The notes under the pieces were generated by a model that ran no database searches, was not told the DNA's origin, and was given only the letters and a program-made list of their open reading frames with translations. From a virus (Duplodnaviria > Caudoviricetes), in IMG/VR virus record IMGVR_UViG_3300009183_004565: a stretch of DNA of 64,000 nucleotides; one strand, given 5' to 3'. Below are positions 38,372 to 47,891 of this stretch, in pieces; the first letter of the stretch is position 1; every line of letters starts with the position of its first letter. The position numbers were made by a program, and so were the translations under genes.

Positions 38372-38917
38372 ATGGCAGATATTATGCTCGATATCGAAAC
38401 ACTTAGTACACGACCAGAATCGGTTGTGCTCACATTAGGTGCAGTCAAGTTCGATCCATGGGCCGATGAGGTAGACACAGAGTCTGGATTATATCTCAGA
38501 ATAGATGTTGACGAGCAACTGGCATTGGGTCGCCATGTGCAACAAGAAACAGTTGATTGGTGGGGAACGCAACCTGAAGATGTGCGTGAAGAAGCATTAG
38601 GTGAACACGAACGCACAAGTCTAAACAATAGCGTAGATCAACTCAACAGATTCCTTGTTGGCTCAAACAGTATTTGGTGCCAAGGTCCTGCATTTGATAT
38701 TGTTATTCTAGAAAACTTATATAGACAATTGGGTAGACCCACGCCTTGGCAGTTTTGGCAAATACGTGACAGTCGCACACTGTTTGGAGTACACGGAGAT
38801 CCAAGAGAAAAAGGTCGTACAGGTGCACACAATGCTCTCATTGATTGTTATTATCAGGCCCGAGCTGTACAGCATATATACAAAACAGTAGGAGTGAAGA
38901 AAAAAGAATGGACATAA
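38372..38917 (+). CDS. DEDD 3'-5' exonuclease (Rv2179c/DexA-like)
   Basis: MLDIETLS, GPAFD, IRDSRT, HNALID. Confidence 0.85.
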   Translation: MADIMLDIETLSTRPESVVLTLGAVKFDPWADEVDTESGLYLRIDVDEQLALGRHVQQETVDWWGTQPEDVREEALGEHERTSLNNSVDQLNRFLVGSNSIWCQGPAFDIVILENLYRQLGRPTPWQFWQIRDSRTLFGVHGDPREKGRTGAHNALIDCYYQARAVQHIYKTVGVKKKEWT

Positions 38918-39210
38918 TTTTTAGTAGAGAAGCTGCAAATCAGCTGGTGGACAGGTATGTGGTATTAGAATTAGAGCCACATAGTGTAGGTGAGGAAATA
39001 CTAGAAACTTTTTGTGTGGTTCCTGCAGATAAAATTCCTTTAGCAGAAACAGTAATGCTAGATCATTGGAAGAAATTGCACAGCGAGTTTGTTCAAGCAA
39101 ACAAAGAAAAGAATGGTAAATTATGCCAGGACCTGTCCGAACACCTGATGGGAAAATGGGGCAAGGAACTTGACGAATTCTACACAATAGTATGCAGTCG
39201 ATATAACTAG
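38908..39210 (+). CDS. Hypothetical protein
   Basis: Start taken at ATG 38908 (MDIIF), overlapping the exonuclease stop. Confidence 0.6.
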   Translation: MDIIFSREAANQLVDRYVVLELEPHSVGEEILETFCVVPADKIPLAETVMLDHWKKLHSEFVQANKEKNGKLCQDLSEHLMGKWGKELDEFYTIVCSRYN

Positions 39211-39244
39211 TTATTAAAAAAAGTTTATTCGAATACATATTATT

Positions 39245-39583
39245 ATGAATAAACTTTTGGCAGCTACCCTACTAGCATCCATAGCCGTGGCAGCTACAGC
39301 CACTCCTAGAACAAGACAGATACAGGTAATGTGTGGTAGTTTCGAAGATGTTGAAAAAACCATGGAAAAATATGGCGAAAAAATGGTAATTGCTACACAA
39401 GCTCCCGACGAACAAACTGTTAACATGGTATATGCTAATTTTGAAACAAAAACTACCAGTTGGTTTGTACACGATTTACGCACAGATGAGTATTGTATGA
39501 TGGGGGTAGGTAAAGAAATTTATATACCCGAGGATAGTCCATTAAAAGACGCCCCAATTGGAACAAGAACAAAATACAAATAA
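39245..39583 (+). CDS. Secreted hypothetical protein
   Basis: Signal peptide MNKLLAATLLASIAVAATA; two Cys. Confidence 0.65.
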   Translation: MNKLLAATLLASIAVAATATPRTRQIQVMCGSFEDVEKTMEKYGEKMVIATQAPDEQTVNMVYANFETKTTSWFVHDLRTDEYCMMGVGKEIYIPEDSPLKDAPIGTRTKYK

Positions 39584-39606
39584 GCCTGGTTATTCCAGGT
39601 TTTTTT
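39583..39606 (+). terminator. Intrinsic terminator
   Basis: gcctgg-ttatt-ccaggttttttt. Confidence 0.75.
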
Positions 39607-39628
39607 GTGGCTATAAAAGGAGCATATT

Positions 39629-39706
39629 ATGAGTTGGTTTGCACATAGACCCCCTAAGAATCCCCCAATACCCCCCGCACCGACCCGTCCCCCAACCAGA
39701 ATGTAA
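39629..39706 (+). CDS. 25-aa proline-rich micropeptide (not in ORF track)
   Basis: MSWFAHRPPKNPPIPPAPTRPPTRM; AAGGAG SD at 39617-39622, 6 nt before ATG. Confidence 0.55.
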   Translation: MSWFAHRPPKNPPIPPAPTRPPTRM

Positions 39707-39770
39707 TAAATACACGGTATTCGATAACTATTGGTTCCATCAATTATAACAACAGAGGAATCGAGAAGAC

Positions 39771-40550
39771 GTGGATCCGTTAACCCTGTTTGCCCTGGCA
39801 AACGGTGCTGTAAAACTTGTCAAAGAAGGTTGTAAGCTTTACAAGGATATCAAAGGAGCGGCCGGGGATATCAAAGATGTCCTCAAGGATCTTGACGACC
39901 AATTCCATACTACATTCAAAGACCGAGCACCTACTACAGCCGAACACAATCAGTACATTCAAGAAAAAAACCGCATCATCAACCTAAACAAACAGGATGG
40001 TGAAACAGCTAGTATGTACACACAGATTGGCGAACAGCTAGGTGTATACTTTGACAATCTTTATAAATGTCACGCAATATTTGAGGAAGAGGAACGCCGT
40101 AGCAAAACTGAAGTTTATCACGGTGAGGATAGCGTAGGTAAACGTGCTTTACAACGTGTACTACTCAAAAAGCAATTGGAAGCCATGGGGGCAGAGTTGC
40201 GTGAGATCATGGTGTATCAAAGTCCACCAGAGCTAGGTGCATTATGGACTGAAGTTCAGGCAATGATGGAAGTAGTTGGCAAAGAACAGGCAGTGGCAAT
40301 TGGTATAGAAATGAGAAGAAATGCCGAAGCTGCTCGTCGCAAACGCAAACACATGAAAAAGATCAAGTACAAAGTATTGTGTTGGAGCATGAGTTCCTTG
40401 GCTGTACTTTATCTGTGTTGGTTAATCTGGGCTGTTGTAGAAATTCGTGTTGCAGAAAAACCCGAACTTGGAAGATGTTTAATACCCAAAGGAACTCCTG
40501 GATATAATTGGTATAATAATTTAAAGTGGGTTGATTGCGATATCAAATAA
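39771..40550 (+). CDS. Hypothetical membrane protein
   Basis: MDPLTLFALANGA N-terminus, helical body, C-terminal TM helix; AATAAATA upstream. Confidence 0.65.
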   Translation: MDPLTLFALANGAVKLVKEGCKLYKDIKGAAGDIKDVLKDLDDQFHTTFKDRAPTTAEHNQYIQEKNRIINLNKQDGETASMYTQIGEQLGVYFDNLYKCHAIFEEEERRSKTEVYHGEDSVGKRALQRVLLKKQLEAMGAELREIMVYQSPPELGALWTEVQAMMEVVGKEQAVAIGIEMRRNAEAARRKRKHMKKIKYKVLCWSMSSLAVLYLCWLIWAVVEIRVAEKPELGRCLIPKGTPGYNWYNNLKWVDCDIK

Positions 40551-40591
40551 GATAGTGTAAACTAGCAGTTTAGTTTCAGTGTAAATATATA

Positions 40592-41344
40592 ATGTTTAAA
40601 ACTATCTCAGCAATACTTATTCTCGCCACCAGTTGTACCTCCTCAGCAATTGAAATTCAAGCTAAGTCTTGGTTAATAGCCGATGGTGATGGGCATATAC
40701 TCGAACAACAGAGTATTGATGTTGTTCAACCTATTGCTTCTATAACTAAATTAATGACTGCAATGGTATATTTAGATAGCAATGAGAATTTAAAAGAAAA
40801 TGCCAAAACTAAGTTCAGAGGATTAACTGTTAGCAAACACAAACTATTAGAATTGGCAATTGTTCATTCTGACAATCAAGCAGCTGATATGTTGTGTAAA
40901 ATTTATCGTCGAGGATACAAAGCCTGTATTGATGATATGAATCATAAAGCACAGGTGTTAGGCATGTACAATACTGCTTTTTATGACAGCACCGGTCTGG
41001 ATAATCGCAATGTCAGTAATGCCATTGATTTGATTAAACTATTACAAGCAGCTGAACGATATCCCGAAATAGTTAATGCAAGTAACAAAACTATAGTTGA
41101 ACTTTTAAAAAGCAAAAAGAAAAAAACAATAAATCTAAAGTATACCAATACCAATCCTTTAGTGGCCAAATATAATGTAGTAGTTAGTAAAACCGGGTAT
41201 GTACAAGCCAGTGGCGGCTGCTTAGTGATGAGTGTATATATTGACGGTAAAAAAAGATTATTTGTAGTTTTGAATAGTAAAACTACAAGAACAAGAATTC
41301 GAGATATGGAAGTACTTATATTGTCAGAGCTATATAAAACATAA
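40592..41344 (+). CDS. D-Ala-D-Ala carboxypeptidase/endopeptidase (peptidase S11, PbpG-like)
   Basis: ASITK (SxxK), SDN (SxN), SKTG (KTG); signal peptide. Confidence 0.9.
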   Translation: MFKTISAILILATSCTSSAIEIQAKSWLIADGDGHILEQQSIDVVQPIASITKLMTAMVYLDSNENLKENAKTKFRGLTVSKHKLLELAIVHSDNQAADMLCKIYRRGYKACIDDMNHKAQVLGMYNTAFYDSTGLDNRNVSNAIDLIKLLQAAERYPEIVNASNKTIVELLKSKKKKTINLKYTNTNPLVAKYNVVVSKTGYVQASGGCLVMSVYIDGKKRLFVVLNSKTTRTRIRDMEVLILSELYKT

Positions 41345-41351
41345 ACATTAA

Positions 41352-42611
41352 TTAATCTAATAGAGTTTTTTTAATTTTTTCAAAATCTAGATTTTCAACT
41401 GGTAATCGATAACGCTCGGATTTATGTAAATTATAAATTTTAGTACAAGTTTCAAAATTTTCTACTAGTTCGTTAACAATTATAGTTTTAAAATCTCCAA
41501 AGAAGTGTTGATGATTATAATCCAACACTTCTTGCATGTCTTGATGCATGGTCATTAACTCGTTCCATGGTAAATGGCACAATTTAGCTATTTCGTCCGC
41601 AATCATTGACATGCGACGATCAGGATCGTGTTCTGAATCATAACTTTCATCAATCCAACGATCAAAAGTTTTAAATCCGTAACTTCTTAGATAAGCTAAA
41701 TTTTCTAGAGCTCCTACTAGTATGAAAGGTCTTTTAGTAACTATAGGTTTAAATATTTTCTCAGTGAGATGTAATTTTTCGTCGTAATAAATTGTTTCAG
41801 TTACTACGTTCCAAAGAGCAGTATACGAATAATACGGAATATCTGCACTGGCATCATTATAATTTGTGGCATCTATTATTAACGGATTGGCGTTTTTACT
41901 AAGATTTGTATAAACATGTTTTTTTGCCGCTGTACTTAATGGCGAAGTCTGTTGTAATAACTCTTTTTTTAGTAGATCAATTGAAAGATTTGGGCAGGAT
42001 ACTAATCCATATTGTACAAGGTCTTTTTCATACAAGTGGGCTAACAAATGTAATCTATAGTTTCGCTTATCTGATACTAGATGATTAAGACACATAAATA
42101 CCTTTGTAATTTCAAGATTCCCGGGATTGTATATCTTTTTAAAATCTCTATACCAATCAAGGCATACAAATCCATGAAAGAAAAAATACCAGTCGTAATA
42201 TGAGTGATAAAGAGTACCACCATTACCGTTTGCAAACGACTTTAACCAATCTTTTTTAAGTTTACTAATTTCTGAATTTGCAAACACATGAAAATTGACA
42301 TCATAAAAAACTTCACTGATAACACCAATATCTCGCCAGAGTCTGCAATCACTGCGTTGCTCAGGATACTTGGTTAGATTGTTTAGATTTTTTAAGTCTG
42401 CTAAATCGTGTGAATTTAATGGTTCTTCGTGACTCCAAATTACATGCCCGTTGAAATCTTCGTTATGCATAGATCGTCTAGCACTAGACAAATATTCATC
42501 AAAATGTTCAATTTTAGTAGAACATGATGGAGCGTATCCTTGGGAAGTTAAAAATAACGGATCAAGCAGCAATTTTTCGAGTAGTTCAATAAAACGTATA
42601 TAGGATATCAT
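41352..42611 (-). CDS. Putative glycosyltransferase-like protein (GT10/GT-B C-terminal-like motif), paralogue 1
   Basis: NVVTET..HLTEKIFKPI..PFILVG..LRSYGFKTFD..IDESYD, shared with 50802-51941; TEK motif recalls GT10 fucosyltransferases. Confidence 0.5.
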   Translation of the reverse strand: MISYIRFIELLEKLLLDPLFLTSQGYAPSCSTKIEHFDEYLSSARRSMHNEDFNGHVIWSHEEPLNSHDLADLKNLNNLTKYPEQRSDCRLWRDIGVISEVFYDVNFHVFANSEISKLKKDWLKSFANGNGGTLYHSYYDWYFFFHGFVCLDWYRDFKKIYNPGNLEITKVFMCLNHLVSDKRNYRLHLLAHLYEKDLVQYGLVSCPNLSIDLLKKELLQQTSPLSTAAKKHVYTNLSKNANPLIIDATNYNDASADIPYYSYTALWNVVTETIYYDEKLHLTEKIFKPIVTKRPFILVGALENLAYLRSYGFKTFDRWIDESYDSEHDPDRRMSMIADEIAKLCHLPWNELMTMHQDMQEVLDYNHQHFFGDFKTIIVNELVENFETCTKIYNLHKSERYRLPVENLDFEKIKKTLLD

Positions 42612-42616
42612 TTAAA

Positions 42617-43843
42617 ATGAATGTAGGATTTATAGGATTAGGAAAATTAGGATTATCGTGTGCTGAAACAATGGCTACTCATTATTCAGTCACTGGATAT
42701 GATATTTACCCAAAACAAAGCGACTGTATTAAAATATCTGACAGCTTACGTGGAGCAGTTACTGGAAAAGATATTGTATTTGTTGCAGTACAAACACCGC
42801 ACGATCCTGCGTATGATGGCAGTCAACCAATTACTCATTTGCCCAACAAAGACTTTGATTATTCTATAGTCAAGGATGTACTAAAACAAATTGATGTATG
42901 GGCTGGTCCGGATCAGCTAATCGTTCTTATTAGCACTGTGTTACCAGGTACTGTACGTAGAGAGCTTAGAGACTGTATTACCGTTCCGCGTTTCATTTAC
43001 AATCCTTATCTTATTGCTATGGGAAGTGTAGAATGGGACATGGTTAATCCCGAAATGGTTATCATTGGTACAGAAGATGGCAGTGAAACAGGCGATGCAA
43101 AATTACTAGTAGATTTCTATCAACCGTTGATGCAAAACAATCCACGCTATGTCATAGGTACATGGGACGAAGCAGAAAGCATAAAAATATTTTATAACAC
43201 ATTTATCAGTACAAAGATTGCACTAGTGAATATGATACAAGACGTTGCTATGAAAAACGGCAACATCAATGTTGATGTGGTTACTGATGCACTGTCAGCA
43301 AGTACCACACGTATCATGAGCAGTAAGTACATGACTGCAGGCATGGGCGATGCAGGACCGTGTCATCCTAGAGATAACATTGCACTTCGTTGGCTAGCGG
43401 AAAACTTAAATCTAGGCTACGACATATTTGATACCATAATGAGTGCAAGGGAAGCACAAGCACTTAATCTAGCACGTTATTTAAAACGCATACAGCTAGA
43501 AAAAAACTTACCTATCTATGTATTAGGAAAAGCCTACAAACCTGATGTAGATATTCTTGATGGTAGTTATAGTTTATTACTAGGGCATTATTTAGAATCA
43601 ATTCAAGCAAAGTTTTATTATGTAGATCCGTTGACAGGAGATGCTCCACCGTTCGCCGGCATGCCTGTGATTGCCTTTATAGCACACAACAGAAAAATAA
43701 CTTATGGCTACACTGGAGAACAAACGGAACCGGAGTTATATGTAGACTTGGAGCCAGGCAGCGTGGTTGTTGATCCCTGGCGTCAGTATACAACAGAAAA
43801 AGATTACGAGGTTATACATTATGGCAACACACGACTCGTTTAA
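42617..43843 (+). CDS. UDP-glucose/GDP-mannose dehydrogenase family protein
   Basis: GFIGLGKLG Rossmann motif, VAVQTP, STVLPG, AESIKIFYNTF, GPCHPRD catalytic Cys, LGKAYKP. Confidence 0.9.
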   Translation: MNVGFIGLGKLGLSCAETMATHYSVTGYDIYPKQSDCIKISDSLRGAVTGKDIVFVAVQTPHDPAYDGSQPITHLPNKDFDYSIVKDVLKQIDVWAGPDQLIVLISTVLPGTVRRELRDCITVPRFIYNPYLIAMGSVEWDMVNPEMVIIGTEDGSETGDAKLLVDFYQPLMQNNPRYVIGTWDEAESIKIFYNTFISTKIALVNMIQDVAMKNGNINVDVVTDALSASTTRIMSSKYMTAGMGDAGPCHPRDNIALRWLAENLNLGYDIFDTIMSAREAQALNLARYLKRIQLEKNLPIYVLGKAYKPDVDILDGSYSLLLGHYLESIQAKFYYVDPLTGDAPPFAGMPVIAFIAHNRKITYGYTGEQTEPELYVDLEPGSVVVDPWRQYTTEKDYEVIHYGNTRLV

Positions 43844-44336
43844 CATTGCTCCATTCTGGGACGATGAATATAAACATTTAACATACAAAAAAGAACAGTT
43901 CAATGATCCTGAGACCATGATTGCTTGGGAGGATGCGGGATTTCGTGGACCGTTTGGTGGCTACATGTGCGACATGCGTAGTCCACAACCCACTTGGAAT
44001 CAAAAGTTTGTAGATTTTTTTGCAACTTATGAGAAATGGCAAGATATAGGTACAAGTTATTATCGCATGGATGCAGGAAGTATGTTACCCGAACATGTGG
44101 ATACATATCGTAGATATATTGAGTTGTTTGATCTTCGAGGCCGAGAAAGTACTATCAGACGTGCAGTGGTATTCTTGGATGAGTGGCATTCGGGTCACTA
44201 CGCAGAATGCAACGGGCAAGGATATACAAATTGGATTCGAGGATTTTGTTTGACATGGGATTGGGACAGTCCTCATATTGCTGCTAACCTAGGCACAGTT
44301 CCAAGATACACATTACAGATTACCGGACACATATGA
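43821..44336 (+). CDS. 2OG-Fe(II) oxygenase
   Basis: PEHVD (HxD), PHIAAN distal His, RYT; start at ATG 43821. Confidence 0.75.
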   Translation: MATHDSFNIAPFWDDEYKHLTYKKEQFNDPETMIAWEDAGFRGPFGGYMCDMRSPQPTWNQKFVDFFATYEKWQDIGTSYYRMDAGSMLPEHVDTYRRYIELFDLRGRESTIRRAVVFLDEWHSGHYAECNGQGYTNWIRGFCLTWDWDSPHIAANLGTVPRYTLQITGHI

Positions 44337-45250
44337 TTCACAGTTACAACGAGTGGGATCCAATTCGAGAGATCGTTGTAGGTCGTGCTGATTATGCCAA
44401 TTGGCCCTCAGACGATCCAGTATTTGCCAGAGAAAGCGAAAAGACTACATGGAAAGAAAGTCCCGTACCCACGGGTCCGGTTCCAGACTGGATCATTGAT
44501 GAAGCCAACGAAGATCTAGATATGTTATCTTTGGTATTGGAAAAATGCGGTGCTGTAGTACATAGACCTAAAGAACTAAATTACCAAGAGCGTGGTGGTA
44601 TGTATGGATATTGCCCACGTGACAGACTGATAGTATATGGTAATACTGTGGTTGATCCAGCCATGATGTATCCCTGCAGAGATATGGAAAGCGAAGCATT
44701 AGAACAGGTTATCTATCGTGCCGATACAGTATTAAGAATGCCTAGGGATGAAGGCATGATATTAGATGCTGCCAATGTGTTACGCCTAAATGACACTATG
44801 TTGTATTTAGAAAGTGCTAGCGGTAATTTGCGAGCATATTCCTGGTTGCGTAAACAGTTTCCCGATGTTACAATAGAAATATGTAATTTTTACAGTGGTG
44901 TGCATATTGACAGTACTATAGTTCCTATACGCGAAGGACTAGTTGTAGTTAATGCCAGCAGAGTTAACGAAAATAATTTGCCTAAGGTGTTTAATGGGTG
45001 GCAAGTTATATGGGTAGATGAAGTGGTAGAACAAGGGTTTTATCAATATCCTTATGCTAGCAAATGGATAGCATTGAATATGTTGGTAGTTGATCCCACA
45101 ACAGTTGTAGTAGATAAACATCAAACTCGATTAATAAAAATGCTAGAAGATTATAATGTGCTAGTTCTCCCGCTTGAATTACGTCATAGTCGCACCTTGG
45201 GCGGCGGGTTTCATTGTGTTACACTAGACTTAGTACGCCAAACTCAATAA
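44333..45250 (+). CDS. Amidinotransferase (inosamine-phosphate amidinotransferase-like), copy 2
   Basis: HSYNEWDPIREIVVG, CPRD, HIDST, GGGFHCVTLD triad. Confidence 0.88.
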   Translation: MIHSYNEWDPIREIVVGRADYANWPSDDPVFARESEKTTWKESPVPTGPVPDWIIDEANEDLDMLSLVLEKCGAVVHRPKELNYQERGGMYGYCPRDRLIVYGNTVVDPAMMYPCRDMESEALEQVIYRADTVLRMPRDEGMILDAANVLRLNDTMLYLESASGNLRAYSWLRKQFPDVTIEICNFYSGVHIDSTIVPIREGLVVVNASRVNENNLPKVFNGWQVIWVDEVVEQGFYQYPYASKWIALNMLVVDPTTVVVDKHQTRLIKMLEDYNVLVLPLELRHSRTLGGGFHCVTLDLVRQTQ

Positions 45251-45279
45251 ATAACTTACTAATAATAAAAAAGGTTATC

Positions 45280-46020
45280 ATGAGTTTTGAAAGTTATACT
45301 GATTGTGTTCTGCAAGCTTTTTGTTCTCATCCAAAACCAGCTGAAATAGTTAAACGTAAACACGGAATTATTTTAGGAGTTTCGGAGTATCATAATTATA
45401 CACCAGAATCAATATTGTACATAGGATTTAATCCTGCAATTATGATTGATCAAACTCCGGAAATTTCAGTTACCTATATAAGCAAAGCTGCACAGGATCA
45501 TCTTAATAGTAATGGTATTAAATTTAACGTAATAGATCCCAATAAGTTATCTTTGTACAATAAACAGTTTGATGTAGTGGTTGCCATGGATGAGTATTTC
45601 ACTTTTTCAAGTTCTGATCAGGAACAAAAAGATCAAGTTACGAAAATATGTAACCTGGCAAAGGAATTCATCATAACTACTTGTAAGGACTATAAGAATC
45701 AAGACTTTAAAGATAGAGAATTTTCAATTCCTGCACTGATTCGAAATCAGACACAGAACAAGATATATCTTGAATTTCATGATCATGACCTCACTGACAG
45801 AAACAGTTGGAAAACTACTGTACATGAGATCGCTGATAATAAATTAAATACCAATGGTCCATACGCACGTAGGGCTATGTTTTTTAAGCAACTGGCAAAG
45901 TTTAGCGCAGATGCAGACGCAGTAGATTTTAGTGTACATAAAAATTTAATGTACAAGAGTTTAATCAAGAAAAATTACGAACATGTAATTAGTATTCGAT
46001 TTGATAATAATGGATCTTAA
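45280..46020 (+). CDS. Hypothetical protein, possibly degenerate class I SAM-methyltransferase fold
   Basis: ILYIGFN and QFDVVVAMDE resemble motifs I and IV, but the canonical Gly-rich loop is missing; AATAAATA upstream. Confidence 0.35.
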   Translation: MSFESYTDCVLQAFCSHPKPAEIVKRKHGIILGVSEYHNYTPESILYIGFNPAIMIDQTPEISVTYISKAAQDHLNSNGIKFNVIDPNKLSLYNKQFDVVVAMDEYFTFSSSDQEQKDQVTKICNLAKEFIITTCKDYKNQDFKDREFSIPALIRNQTQNKIYLEFHDHDLTDRNSWKTTVHEIADNKLNTNGPYARRAMFFKQLAKFSADADAVDFSVHKNLMYKSLIKKNYEHVISIRFDNNGS

Positions 46021-47269
46021 TCAACACTTAGGCGCTATAGTTGAAAATTTAATCGGAGACATAACTGCAAACGTTTTATCACAAGTAGAAACTGTGATAA
46101 CAAACGCAGTTAATGCCCGCTTATCTACCTATAACTTTGAGCCGCATATCAAAGAAGCAGCATCAGAGGCTTTTGAAAAGAAAGTCAATTTATATCAAAT
46201 TGACAATCGTAAACTTGAAGGTCGCATCGCTGAAAGAATTACGCAGACGATTGATAGTATACAAGCCAATACCACTGAAAAAATAAATCAAGCAGTCAGC
46301 AACAGTATCAAAAATACCAACTTTGATCTTGCAATGCAAGGAGCAGTTGGTCATATTATCGCAGATAGAATGCGTGATCATGTATTCCCCAATAACAGTA
46401 TACACGCCAGTGCAATTAATTTTGAAAATTACACAATCAGTGGTGATTTAATACAAGGCGGGATAGTTACACAATTTAGTAGCAGCGGAATTGACGATAG
46501 AGCAAGTCAAGTTGCATTAACTATCTTAGATGAAGCCACTGTAGTTGAAAACAATCTATTAACACGAGATCTTACTGTTGAAGGAACTGTTACAGTCAAC
46601 GGCAATTTAATCATAAATGGTTCTGTTCCAGAAGATTCAAAATTCTACACAGACCTAGTAAACAATTCTACAACTACAACTTTATCAAGACTTGACAATA
46701 CACTATTTAATAATTACAGTACCACAATATTCAACAAGATTCGTGAAGACGGTCTTGATTTAAGTAAAATTACAATCAATGGTCAAGAAGTTATAAATGA
46801 TAATTCGTTATCAAATTCGATAACTGAAAGCAACTTACAAAAGCTCGGACAGTTAAGAGAATTACAAGTTAGTGGCGAAAGTTTATTAGCCCAAACTCTT
46901 TATGTATCCGGAAAACGTGTGGGTGTTAATACCATTGAGCCAAGTGGAGCTTTGTCTGTTTGGGATGATGAAGTCGAAATAGTGCTAGTTAAACGAAAAA
47001 AAGACACAGGCAGTTTTGGAACTCCAAGAAATCAATCTCTTATATTAACTAGTAATAACAAAGACAACATTGTATTAGATCCAGATGGATCCGCACGTAT
47101 TGATGATTTGCGTATGGGAGACATGCGTTTTTCTACTTCTAACGAACCACCAAGGCATGTCAGTGAGCGTGGTCATGTTGTGTTCAATAACAACCCAAAT
47201 CCTGGAGGTCCTATGGGATGGATCTGCTTGGGATCTGCAAATTGGGCAAACTTTGGCATAATTGATTAA
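46010..47269 (+). CDS. Hypothetical, probably virion protein
   Basis: Helical N-terminus; beta-rich C-terminus with LTVEGTVTVNGNLIING, RVGVNTIEP and PMGWIC fibre-like motifs. Confidence 0.5.
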   Translation: MDLNQHLGAIVENLIGDITANVLSQVETVITNAVNARLSTYNFEPHIKEAASEAFEKKVNLYQIDNRKLEGRIAERITQTIDSIQANTTEKINQAVSNSIKNTNFDLAMQGAVGHIIADRMRDHVFPNNSIHASAINFENYTISGDLIQGGIVTQFSSSGIDDRASQVALTILDEATVVENNLLTRDLTVEGTVTVNGNLIINGSVPEDSKFYTDLVNNSTTTTLSRLDNTLFNNYSTTIFNKIREDGLDLSKITINGQEVINDNSLSNSITESNLQKLGQLRELQVSGESLLAQTLYVSGKRVGVNTIEPSGALSVWDDEVEIVLVKRKKDTGSFGTPRNQSLILTSNNKDNIVLDPDGSARIDDLRMGDMRFSTSNEPPRHVSERGHVVFNNNPNPGGPMGWICLGSANWANFGIID

Positions 47270-47282
47270 CAATTTTGCAACG

Positions 47283-47311
47283 TTGACATAAATCAAATAT
47301 ACTGCTATAAT
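47283..47311 (+). promoter_or_regulatory. Consensus sigma70 promoter with extended -10
   Basis: TTGACA-17 bp-TATAAT with TG; ATG 5 nt downstream. Confidence 0.85.
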
Positions 47312-47316
47312 GCAGT

Positions 47317-47544
47317 ATGACTCTTACTTTAACTGAAAAAAAATGGAACGAACTCTATAACCAGATCCGCGAGGAACACGGTGATAGTACCGTTCTACTC
47401 TCTTGGAAATTAAAGGAAACATTAGGATTTACTGTTCGTAGACATCGTGACTATAATCCCGTCAATGGACACATGGTCAATGATATACGTTTGGATTTTT
47501 ACGACGAAGCAGCATTAACCTTTTTTCAGTTAAAGTATCTATGA
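47317..47544 (+). CDS. Small paralogue 1 (FxxE..FxL[KR]W family)
   Basis: Ends FYDEAALTFFQLKYL. Confidence 0.65.
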   Translation: MTLTLTEKKWNELYNQIREEHGDSTVLLSWKLKETLGFTVRRHRDYNPVNGHMVNDIRLDFYDEAALTFFQLKYL

Positions 47545-47891
47545 CCACTAATGCTTATCTCGTGTATTGGTGTAATGAAGGACTAGAAGGTGTAGTACCT
47601 ATTACTGAATACGAACAAATAGATGCGGAAAATACATTTAGGATTCTCAAAGACCAAGGTACTATACGTAATCCCGTGTATGATATCATTCAAAAAATGA
47701 TATTACGCGGCCGGGCAAATTCGCAACGGCATTATGAACTATATGCTATTGACTGTGACGAGAACATTAGTGAAGAAGATTTCAAACAATGGTTTGAAAC
47801 CACACCACAGGCAGCAGCAGATTTAATTAGAAGTCGAGGCTTGAAAATCTACAGCGATCGTGCTGGAGAAAACAGAGTCAAAATAGTGTGA
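47541..47891 (+). CDS. Hypothetical protein
   Basis: ATGA-coupled 116-aa ORF. Confidence 0.6.
   Translation: MTTNAYLVYWCNEGLEGVVPITEYEQIDAENTFRILKDQGTIRNPVYDIIQKMILRGRANSQRHYELYAIDCDENISEEDFKQWFETTPQAAADLIRSRGLKIYSDRAGENRVKIV

Noticed and set aside
39520-39801. Minus-strand 93-aa Gly-rich ORF over the C-tract
   Set aside because: It overlaps two + strand genes and a terminator, with no SD; the SD-led + strand micro-ORF explains the region better.
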